From Chrysomallon squamiferum (Eukaryota; Animalia; Mollusca): DNA of 64,000 nt. The position numbers and the translations under genes are program-made. Of the stretch, positions 52,869 to 64,000 are shown piece after piece. Numbering within the stretch: position 1 is the stretch's first letter; the number at the start of each line of letters is the position of its first letter. The stretch spans positions 7,812,001 to 7,876,000 of the forward strand of contig CM022665.1 of NCBI GenBank assembly GCA_012295275.1. Reading direction: 5' to 3'. The notes beneath the pieces are model-generated. The model was not told where the DNA came from. It made no database searches and saw only the letters and a list, made by a program, of their open reading frames with translations.

Positions 52869-55386
52869 TAAATTTGAAAAGATTAGAAAAAGAATAGTCC
52901 AAGTCATTCATTATACACCAGTTTCTCTACCACAAAAAAATATAAATGTAGAAACAAGAGCAAACAGTAAGATTTTGTTTACACCAGAAAATGCATAATA
53001 ATTTAAACCAAGCACAAACAAAATTCCAGTATTACAACAGTATTTAAGACTGAATGGAAATTCTGAATAAATAAGACTACCTTCTTGCATCTAACCTTTC
53101 TCTAGTGAAATGTGTATTTAGTGCAATTTCTTAGGATAATTGCACATGTTTCTCAAAAAGGTCCCTAAGGAAATGTAAAGGTCTTTATCATCACAAAGCT
53201 CACAAAGGAAAAAATGAAAGTGTTCATTACCACAAAAATGTCCAGTGAAATATAAAATCTTTATTATCAAAATGGTCACTAAGGATATATGAATATGTTT
53301 ATTATTATAAATATCACTCAGGAAAGTTAAGACTCTTTCTTATCGCAAAGGTCACTAAAGATAAATAAAATTCAAATACCCAATAAGTGACAAGCTTGGA
53401 TATCTCTGAAGGATCCAGGAATGTATCCCAGAATTGCAAGCCTCTGCTGAAATTCCCTTGTCAGTTGGCTGATAAATTTATAGTAAACAGCACCTTAAAG
53501 ATAACGTTGAAAAATAAGTCACATGTTACCAATATATTTAATCTCTAAAATGGTAATAGAATGTGTTGAAATAAATATGTATCATACGGCACAAAACTAA
53601 TTATATTAACCAGGTACTTATCTACTGTCGCATTATCCAAATAAACGCTACACATATTTCAAATTATTCCTGTTCCAAACACTTTATCAACAGCTGGTAT
53701 GAACAACTGGATTTAAAAAACACCTTACTGCTAATTTAAAAAAATAAATAAATAAAAATTAAATGTTTTATTCTTTGTTTCATTTCTTCAGATAATAATA
53801 AAAACTGTGTTAGCTGTTCCAACATAAAATGATGTATTTCTAACCATTACTTCAAGAAATACTAACCAACTTGTTCTTCTGGTATGTAACTCTCATCACT
53901 CAATGCTCGAAGTCTACACTGACTAAGTATTTCAATCATATCTTCAGGTGACGGTGCAACAGGTCCCTGCTGGTTCATTTCAAAAGCAACAAATAACACC
54001 TCACAGTTCTTATTTTAGGCTATGAATAATTTAAATAAATGTGTGTTTTTTTTTTTTTATTATTTACAGTATAAACTTAATATTTCAGAAGCCTCCAATG
54101 ACTTCCATTAAACGTTAGTAAGATCGACAAGTATAGACATAACTATAATACAAGATTTACATCTATTATAAACATGAATCAATAATGTAATGATTAATAT
54201 ATCTTTTAGATGTGATATAAAATTGTTTTTATCATATTTGTTTAATGAACCTGCTATGATTAAGGCTAGAGGCAAGCCACAACACAGTTCCACAATCTTC
54301 TCAAGATGACCTCCAAATCTGACTCTGGTAGCAATGGACTTAACAAGTTCTGATCCATCTGCCGTGTCCATGGACTGTAACTCTTGCCAAATGAAAAAAG
54401 GAAAGCCACGCGTAACTTGGACAGTGGAAGAAAAAATTATTCGAATGTTGTGACAGGTCTGGATAATGGTGCTGCATGTTGCGATGAAAATGTCCTTCAG
54501 TGTGCTGGTCAGACAGTCCTCAGCATTGTCAAATGACAGTATGTAAGCATGAGTAAAGTCAGTATCTATTTTCTTACACATCTGTAACACCCAGTCATCA
54601 GAATTAGTAGAGATTTCATCAATATAATCAAAAGCATGCAGAGTTTTCAAACTAAATGTTTCTACAGATGTCACATTCTGTAGGTCAACAGAGATGATCT
54701 TTAAATTGGACTGATCACCCAGGTGGTACTGCAGTCTTTTCAAAAATTCCTCCACTGTTCTTGATTTGCCAACTGACTTTTGACCAAAGATTCCAAAAAC
54801 TCTGTTCTTCATCCAAATGTTTTGAAGTGACTTTAGAAATTCATTTCTGCCTGTGAATGGCTGTTCAGTAGCCTCTGGGTCATGATAGTCTTCCATCTTG
54901 GATAGATTTGGTTTTTCGTCAACACATTTTATTTTTTGGTTTCTTCATTATTTTTCCATTTTTATATCATTCACTTTTCTTTGTTCGTTCTTGCTGTTGG
55001 TGGTGTTCTTATTTGTCTTCTTGTTTTTTTGGGGGGGGTTGGGGGGCTAAAACACAACAAAGTAAAAGACCTATCTTTAATTAAAAGTATAAAATAACAA
55101 ACAGAAAAGTACTTATATATGTATATAAGACTTTATGTTATTACCGATTGTTTGTTTTATCTAATAACTTTCACTTAATAGAATTTACTTTCAATAAATT
55201 ATCACCCACATCAGACTAACTTCTTTACTGTCGAAACAAGAAGTTAATAATGTAACGTTACTGCCTCGGAAGTGTTTACAGAGTTTTTATATTGCTTTTT
55301 ATTTTATGTTTACATAACAGTAAATTTTCTACCATAATTTTTACTTTGATTACCGAGCAGATATAATACCCAGTAAATGTACTTAC

Positions 55387-55973
55387 CGAAGCTCGATTTA
55401 ACGTCCGGCTCTGTTGTACAAACATGCAAAGACCTGGCTCAAAGTCAGACTGATACACAGTGCAAAGGTTGTCTGGTTTTAATTTCTGACAGCTATCTGA
55501 TATGTTGTTACGTGCTTAGTTTTTCGAGAAATACAAAGGAAGGAAGAGAAAGATATATAAAAAAAAAAAAAAAAAAAAAAAAACGGTTTTGTTTACCAAT
55601 CAGAAACGCGCAAGAGATCTTTACCTAACGTGTGGGGAATTCCCAATTGTTGGAGGTCGCCAACATCTGACCACCGTTATTTCATACAGACAATAAAGAT
55701 TTAATATATATTGTTTATTTTAATGGGTCTCTATTATATTATATTCTACAGTTATCGACTTTGATGATATGAAATATCTAATAACCTCATACTATTTTCT
55801 GCCTGTCCGTACAGTAACATAATTATTAACTTTTATTTTGTTGACATGTTTAATAAGGAGGAAAATACACAAAAGGAATATTAATTAGTTTAATGAAGTT
55901 CAATCAAATTTCACTCTAACAAGTACTTCCTTGTTACACAAAAGTTTATATATCCAAAAGTGCGAGTTACCAG
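55387..55973. promoter_or_regulatory. Duplicate bidirectional promoter of genes C and D
   Basis: GGGGAATTCCC at 55634-55644; near-identical to 34813-35392. Confidence 0.55.
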
Positions 55974-56122
55974 GTAAATTATATTAGTATAGGTGTCTTA
56001 TGCCATTTTTTTCATCAACATTATCAGTGTCACAAAAAAAAAAAAATAAAAAAATAAAGGATGCTTCCATATTCTTTTAATTTTTGCTGGTTTATTTTCA
56101 ATTACAATTTAATACATTTATT

Positions 56123-56169
<47 letters not shown>

Positions 56170-56373
56170 TAACAGAATTATTTATTAGTAATTATAATGA
56201 TGTACAACAAAGTTTAAATAAATGTATTTAGAATTTTGGTATGGACATATGTTACATAAATTTAGTTCACTTATCATTAAAACAGGATTTAATTATTTTT
56301 GATTTCACTTGTCACTTAAACCTTTGTTTCAAACACAGACATTTCAGTGATTGACAGTGCTTCACGATAAAAG

Positions 56374-59300
56374 ATGGATGCTGATACTTTAGTTTCACAG
56401 AAACTATTTATTGGGAGAACAGATTTTTTAAAGTCATTACAAGATGTGTGGATGAACAACAGAGTTTTTGGAATCTTTGGTCAAAAGTCAGTGGGAAAAT
56501 CAAGAACAGTGGAGGAATTTTTGAAAAGACTGGTGTCCAGTTTGGGGGAGCAATCAAATTTACAGACTGTATATGTTGACCTTCGTAACATCCAAACCAT
56601 GGAAACCTTTTGTTCAAAGATACTCGATTCTTTTGGTTATTCTGATGAGATCCTGACTCCCAGTGATGACTGGGTGATACAGATGTGTAAGAAATTAGAG
56701 ACTGACTTTACTCATGCTTACATACTGTCATTTGACAATGCTGAGGACTGTCTGACCAGCACACTGAAGGACATTTTCATCGCAACATGCAGCACCATTA
56801 TCTGGACCTGTCACAACATTCGAATAATTTTTACTTCCACTGTCCAAGTTACGCGTGGCTTTCCTTTTTTCATTTGGCAAGAGTTACAGTCCATGGACAC
56901 GGCAGATGGATCAGAACTTGTTAAGTCCATTGTACCAGAGTTAGCTTTGGAGGTCATCTTGAGAAGATTGTGGAACTGTGTTGTGGCTTGCCTTTGGTTT
57001 TAAACATTGTTGGTATGTAATATGAGTGTAGTAATTGTGTTGTTGTTGTTAATGATGTTGTTAATTTAAAAAATATTTCTATTTCGATTATATTTAATAT
57101 GCTTCACCGTCCTGTCAAGAATATAGCTTTCTGAGTGCAATTAGTAATAATTGTGAAATATAAACTGTCATCTTCAGTGATATTATTATATTAAAAGGGT
57201 TTTATTATATTGTGGCACCATCATCCAACTACTAAAAAGTGAATATCACATTATTAGTAGTAGTACTTAAAATTTACTGTTTAAGTCATTAAACCATCAC
57301 TGGTATAATCATGTATGGAGGACATTTCAGGACAAAATGCTTATAGATACATCCATAATTACTGAAAGTTCTTTTCCTTTCTTTAAATCTTATATAGACA
57401 TATAATATTTTAATTTACTCTCCTTTTTATTTTTTCTTTATTTTTTTAGGACATGAACTTAGTCAGGAAGGGCCCAGTGCTACATCACCAGAAGATTTGA
57501 TTGACCTACTTAGTCAGTGTAGACTTAAATCTTTGACTGACAACAACAACTTTTCAAAGAAATTTACAAGTTAGTATCTTTAGACTGATACTTACAGTGT
57601 AATATGATACTTCTGACATTAATACTTTCCTGTTCTTGGTTGTGTTATAAATAAAAATAAACAGATAATAATAATGTAAATTATGGTCTAAATTATTTAG
57701 TTCAAATCATTAATTTAAACATTTTTGCCTAACCTGATGTAAATAATTTACCAGTTTGAACTGGTAATGGATAGACAGTTGAGACATTTATTATAATGCT
57801 AAAGTCGATTTCATATATGGATAGTAAGTTATTTTTGTAAGTATAATCAGGTAAAAGCGAATTTTAGAATTTTGATTGTTTGTGTCATTTCAGAAATCTG
57901 GATCTGGCAGGATTTGTCATAGCTTGTTTTCATGAGCGTTCATTTTTCTGACATTTCAGTTTCACTGAAGTCAATTTTAATTGTTAGAAATCTCTAGTTT
58001 TTGTTTTTAAAATTATGATTATTTTGAAGGTGCTGTTTACTGTAAATTTATTAGCAAGGTAACAAGGGAATTTCAGCAGAGACTTGCAATTCTGGGATAC
58101 ATTCCTGGATCCTTCAGTAACCTACAGGCTGGTCACTTACTGGGTATTTGAATTTCACTTTTTCTTAAGTTATTAAATATTTACATTTATCCATATCCTT
58201 AAGTTCTTTGGGATAATAAAAAAGTTCTTACTACTTTTCTGTACATTTCATATCAGCTGATGTATTATTAAATACATCTATGTTTTTAAAGTTTATATCA
58301 AAGCAACCTGCATGAATTACTGACATTAAATTCTATTCATTCCATGAAACCTTTCTAACAGTGGCAGAAATCTTGAAAAAAAGGAGAAAATTGTTATATG
58401 TAATTAAAATTTGTTTATAATTTATATTTGTGTATCAGTTCTAATTTCAACATTTAATTAATGCCTTTTTATTTAACGTAGCTTCAAGAAATAATTTATC
58501 ATCCATTACATATTCTAAAACTATAATATACTTTTTCTATTTGCATATATAGAGGATAGTTATTGAAAGTTATTAAAATCATAAAATCCACTAGAACTGT
58601 GTGAGTATCATCTGTTATTGCTAAATCTTAAAGAAATGATAAATCTGAAAACTGGTCTACTGAAAACTTATTAGCTTGAAATAAAATTAATTTCATAGGT
58701 GACTTGTTTACAAATCTGGGGTGGTTTTTCCCCATTAAATTCTTCTTTATATTATAAACATAAAAATTAACAGTACAATTAAAATCTATACATAAACAAA
58801 ATGGGTAGAGAAATCCCTTAGTCAAATTCAATTTAAAAATTTCTGTCTTATATGTAGATGATGTTAGCAAAAGTGAAACCTTTCAGCAGACACTGGTCCC
58901 TCTGAAAAAACGATGCATGATACAGTTTGAACCAAAAACAAGGCGATACAACATTCATGGAATTCTGCAGGACTGTCTTGAAGTGTATTTGAAAATTGAG
59001 AATCTTCCAGGTAATTTTGTTTTATTCCTGAAAATAATAATAATAATAATAATAATAGTTGGTATTATTTAAATCTCAGGTTTCAATGTAAAGCTGTTGC
59101 TTGGTTTCCCATTGTTAAGTTCTTTGTTTGTGATGCTATATATTATTCTGTCACTTTTTGCTTTTCTAGAACAACACAAGTGAATCAGAGATATATTAAA
59201 CAAAATGACTTCTTTTATTTCAGTCACAGATAATAAACTTTCATTATCTAACTGTAAATGTGACACACACACACATACATCTACAATAAAATGAACATCA

Positions 59301-62228
59301 TGATTTGAAACTTGCATTTACTTCAGTAAACACTATTGGCTACTGAAGTAAAATGGCTTTGATAAATTGCAGGGTTCAAGTTTAGAGTTTTTGCTTCCCT
59401 AGGACAACACAAGTGAAGCATGAATAAATTAAACAAAATCACTTCTTTTTATTTCAGGTTATAAGTATTAGTTTACACACACACATATACACATACATCT
59501 GTGATACAAGGATTATCCTTTTAACAACTTTGGCTAGTCAAGCAAAACAGGGTTTGATGCAAACTGAGATAGATTGCACAAACCAGAAATATCAGATTAA
59601 AGAAGCAATTGATGGAAACATTTTAACAAATTGATTAAGGGGAGGTAATGTGACACAATTTCACTGGCCAGCTTCAAAATTAGCAACTTTTTAGTGACCT
59701 CTACTGAACAGAACTGTAAAAGAATATATAATAACCACATTAGACATACATAGACATTTCCATGATGAAAGCATACTAAACATTATATTCACACCAATCA
59801 TTATACACCCAGAATATCTTTAAAATTAAAAAATAAATATAAAATATTGTACTGTCCTAATATCAGTAGAATTCATAGAAACAATATACAATATATATCG
59901 GATTTACTCAGCTGAATTATCATTAAACAATGGAATGCATAACTATTAAAATTTTAGTAAACACAGTGAAATCTTTCTTTCATTTGTGTGTTGTTGTTTG
60001 TTTTTGGGGGGGTATTTTTTATTATTGTTATTTTTTTTAAATAAAGACATTTGTGTAGAAATAAGGTGATGCTGTAGTCTATATTGAAATATTTGTGTTC
60101 AAATAAGGTGATACTGTAGAATATATTGAAATATTTGTATAGCAATAAAGTGATACTGTAGAATATATTAAATATTTGTATAACAATAAGGTGATATTGT
60201 AGAATATATTAAAATATTTGTGTTCAAATAAGGTGATACTGTAGAATATATTAAAATATTTGTATAGCAATAAGGTGATACTGTAGAATATATTAAATAT
60301 TTGTGTAGCAATAAGGTGATATGGTAGAATATATTGAAATATTTGTGTTCAAATAAGGTGATACTGTAGAATATATTAAAATATTTGTATAGCAATAAGG
60401 TGATACTGTAGAATATATTAAATATTTGTGTAGAAATAAGGTGATACTGTAGAATATATTAAAATATTTGTATAACAATAAGGTGATATTGTAGAATATA
60501 TTAAAATATTTGTGTAGAAATAAGGTGATATTGTAGAATATATTAAAATATTTGTGTAGAAATAAAGTGATATTGTAGAATATATTAAAATATTTGTGTA
60601 GAAATAAAGTGATATTGTAGAATATATTGAAATATTGGTGTAGCAATAAAGTGATATTGTAGAATATATTAAAATATTTGTGTAGCAATAAGGTGATAGT
60701 GTAGAATATATAAAAATATTTGTGTAGCAATAAGGTGATAGTGTAGAATATATAAAAAATTTGTGTAGAAATAAAGTGATACTGTAGAATATATTAAATA
60801 TTTGTGTAGAAATAAAGCGGTACTGTAGAATATATTAAATATGTGTAGAAATCAGGTGATACTGTAGAATATATTAAATATTTGTGTAGAAATAAAGCGG
60901 TACTGTAGAATATATTGAAATATTTGTGTAGAAATCAGGTGATAGTGTAGAATATATTGAAATATTTGTGTAGAAATAAAGTGATACTGTAGAATATATT
61001 GAAATATTTGTGTAGAAATAAGGAAGCGGTACTGTAGAACATTCAGCAAGGTGATGAAGGAGCTGAGTTTGCAAATGGAGTCTGAAGAGTATCTCGAGGC
61101 ATATGCTGTTTTCAGTCAGGAATACCCAAACCTGAAGAAACTTCTCACAGATGTCCAGTACAGTGCTCAGGAGACATTTCTGTTCTATATTGAAATGGCT
61201 GCATCTGCCTCCAGTCTCATCATTGAATATTTTGGCAGTAAGTGTGATACATTAGATGAAAATGTTAAAGCAGATTGTGATATTTTATTATATAGAGGAG
61301 CTAATTAAATGAGATTCATGTTCAGTGATTAAACTTGATGTATGTCTGAATTTAATCTGACCACAAGGTACATAGTTTAGATACCTGTGGAGAATTACTT
61401 TTTATGAATCTTCACCTTCAGAACATTATTGTATACAATTCACTATTTGACACATAGTATAGTAGTCTATTATGATGCATGATTACTGTTATATATTTTT
61501 AACAAAAATAATTTATTGAGGAACATAAATCTCAGGATTAAATATCTTAAGTTATCAGACACACACACACACAGAGAAAATATGTTTGCAGATTAATATA
61601 TATGTAACACTATGATATGTAATTTGTTTTTTGTTCTTTTAAAAAAAAAAATAGATGAAAGTATCATGTTTTTCAGTAAATGCTTTGAATTGGCAAAGAT
61701 GTATGGCAAAGGAAAGAGATCGAGCAGTAGCAATGACACATTATGGGCGGGCTCTGACAAATGTCAAGGTCAGATTACATGGTTGATTTAAAACAAGATT
61801 AGAGTTCAGAAATACAAAATATAGTTTCTCTTGGTTTAAAATGAATTCAGATAATATTCTCTTCTTGTTAACATTATGTGTCATCAGTAGCTAAGTCATT
61901 TCATTTTATTTTTTTAGTTATTTTCTTCTAACATTTAACCCTGAAATGTTGTCCTTCAGAAAGTAAATATCTTTCCTTTTTTTGTTTTTGTTTTTGTTGT
62001 TTTTTGGGGGGGGTTTCGGGTTCTTTTTGTTCTTGTTGTTGTTTTGTTTGTTGTTTTTTTTGTTTGTTTTTTAAAATCAGTGGTGAAAAGATCAGATATC
62101 TGTAATTTAAATTTAATTAAAAAATTTCATGTATGTTGAATAATGGAATATTATTATTATTATAATTATTATTATCATTGTTATTATTATTATTATGATT
62201 ATTATTATTATTATTATTATCATTATCA

Positions 62229-62259
<31 letters not shown>

Positions 62260-62852
62260 GATTATTATTATTATTATTATTATTACAGTGTGATTTTAAT
62301 GGAGGAATAAAAATGCTGACACAAGCAGTTGCAATCTTAGAACAGTTTCCTCCTTCAGAATTCATGTCTTCTATTCTGTTAAGTTTGGGTTGGACATATC
62401 ATCTTCAGGGTCGGCTGCAAGATGCTATCAAGTAGGCACAAACTGTTACCCTGATTACCTAAACTAATACAGGAAGCTGTTTTCTACATTTGTTTTTATT
62501 CCTTTGGATATTATATATAAAAGTGGCATGGTGAAAATTTATAAGACAATTGAATCTACATGCCAGTATAAACATCAGCATTATCTATGTGTATGAGGAT
62601 GTATGTGTTGCTGTATGTTTTGTGTATATGTGTATGTGTGAATATCTGTGGGTACATATTGATACATTAAAGAGGAATTACTTAATCAGATCTGTAAGGT
62701 ACATGTTCATTTGCAGATTGAAATTATTTCTTTCTGTTTTAATTTTAGGCAGTTTGAGAGAGGTTTGTCAGTTTTAAAGGAGACTGGCTGTGAGAACAGC
62801 ATCTTCCTTTATCGACATATCAACTGTATTGGATTGTCTAATATTTTGGAAG
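56374..62852 (+). pseudogene. Gene D: NTPase-TPR paralogue (B-type 5' half, largely A-type 3' half), frameshifted; last exon lies beyond the window
   Basis: Exons 56374-57012, 57450-57569, 58030-58143, 58858-59010, 61016-61237, 61655-61768, 62289-62431, 62749-62852. 1-nt deletion at ~56932 (exon 639 vs 640 nt; stop at 57003) and 1-nt insertion at ~61711 (114 vs 113 nt). Confidence 0.78.
60048..61015 (+). repeat. 42-bp splice-acceptor-derived minisatellite in gene D intron 4 (~23 units)
   Basis: Same unit, abutting the exon 5 start at 61016. Confidence 0.92.
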
Positions 62853-64000
62853 GTAAGTTATTGAAATGCTGTGGATATTCTGTTATTAAAAAACATGTTA
62901 ATGACAAGAGTAAATTGAAACATGATATATGTATGTATTTATTTATTTATTTGAAACTGTTGGAAACTGCAGATTGTAAAGCTGAAGTGCAACAGATTAG
63001 AAGGTCAATCCACTTCAGCTCTTCTGCTATGCGATTTCCAAAATAATTAAAATATTGTTTTTGAAGAGATGAAATACTATAAAAAACATTTGTATTGTTA
63101 ACGTTTCTGGCTAGTATGTCCATTACACATACACATATATTTTTTATATTTAAAATGAAAATATTAATGTTGTGTTTATAATAAAAACACAACCTTAGTT
63201 TTTACAATTAGAATATGAGTTTAATATTTATAATGAAAATATGAATTTATTAATGAATATATCACTAAGGTTTTAATAATTAAATGTCAGTTTTATGTTT
63301 GTAAAGAAAATATCAGTATTTATCATGAAAATATGAGTCTAGTATGGTAGAAAAATAAACAGAGAAACTGACACTTTTTTGTGGGGGGGGCTCAAAAAGC
63401 TGTATCTACTGATGAAGAACTCTATACCTGAAAACCCACACTATTTTTGAGTAAATCATGTAATTTGTGTAAATATAAACTTCTATTTAGTTTAATTTAT
63501 ACATCTTTCATATTCTGTTGGATATTTTGCTTGCAAATAAACTCTGCAGACAGTTTATGATGTGTCCCTGAGTATTTCATGTAGCAGTAGTTGACTTGCA
63601 TAGCTAATAATTTCATTACCTATACATTGGTTGTACATTTAAATGTTCCAGTCTTGTTTGTGAGAACCAGAGCTTGTTACTTATTTTTGTTCAGCACGTC
63701 TATATAATGAAAATATTGATGTAGTATTTATAATAAAAATAAAAATTTATTGTTTACAACTAGAATAGGAGTTCAGTATTTATAATAAAAATATGAATTT
63801 ATTATTAATAATGAAAATATCAGTTCAGCATGTCTAAATCCACAGGTTCTGTTTACAATGGACAAAATATTTGAGAGTTTTGGGTAACAGATGCAAAACC
63901 GGTGACCTGTCTAGACTGAATATCTTTGTGTTTATAATTACTAGTGATTACCAGGTAGTGAATTAAGATATTTTTGTGGAGGTGAAACTATGGTGCTTTC

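Larger units (their letters stand above)
46563..54896 (-). pseudogene. Gene C: NTPase-TPR paralogue of gene A, probably pseudogenised
   Basis: Exons 54896-54251, 53986-53867, 53493-53380, 52578-52426, 50375-50154, 49780-49668, 49116-48974, 48655-48552, 47268-46563. Exon 2 acceptor AG changed to TG (53988), premature TGA at 46811-46813, deletions in the rest of the last exon. Confidence 0.8.
45233..64000. repeat. Segmental duplication unit 2 (gene C/D inverted pair), runs off the window
   Basis: Largely colinear high-identity copy of unit 1 through ~60 kb, mosaic beyond the arrays. Confidence 0.85.

Overview
AT-rich, microsatellite-rich eukaryotic (invertebrate-like, possibly molluscan; taxon not provable from the window) genomic DNA with spliceosomal introns. 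The main content is a cluster of five intron-containing genes for STAND-class P-loop NTPases (NB-ARC/APAF-1-like NLR-type proteins), reconstructed by hand from GT-AG junctions with consistent phases. Genes A (-, 34320-25271, ~800 aa) and B (+, 35793-44015, ~798 aa) are intact 9-exon NTPase + winged-helix + TPR genes with no N-terminal effector domain. They sit head-to-head around a 1.5-kb shared region holding a perfect NF-kB palindrome. This ~21-kb pair is tandemly duplicated as genes C (-) and D (+), both carrying inactivating lesions. A divergent fifth paralogue E (-, 18259-15389, ~583 aa) lacks the Walker A lysine and has a disordered tail instead of TPRs. The most unusual structure: in all four paired genes the 3' splice site of the exon starting the helical/TPR half is amplified into a 42-bp tandem array (~20-35 copies), and the inspected extra copies lead straight into a stop codon. 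The paralogues switch sequence type reciprocally at this array. The first 15 kb is mostly non-coding, with a possible decayed cGAS-like (Mab-21) relic. Gene models are predictions and need RNA evidence.
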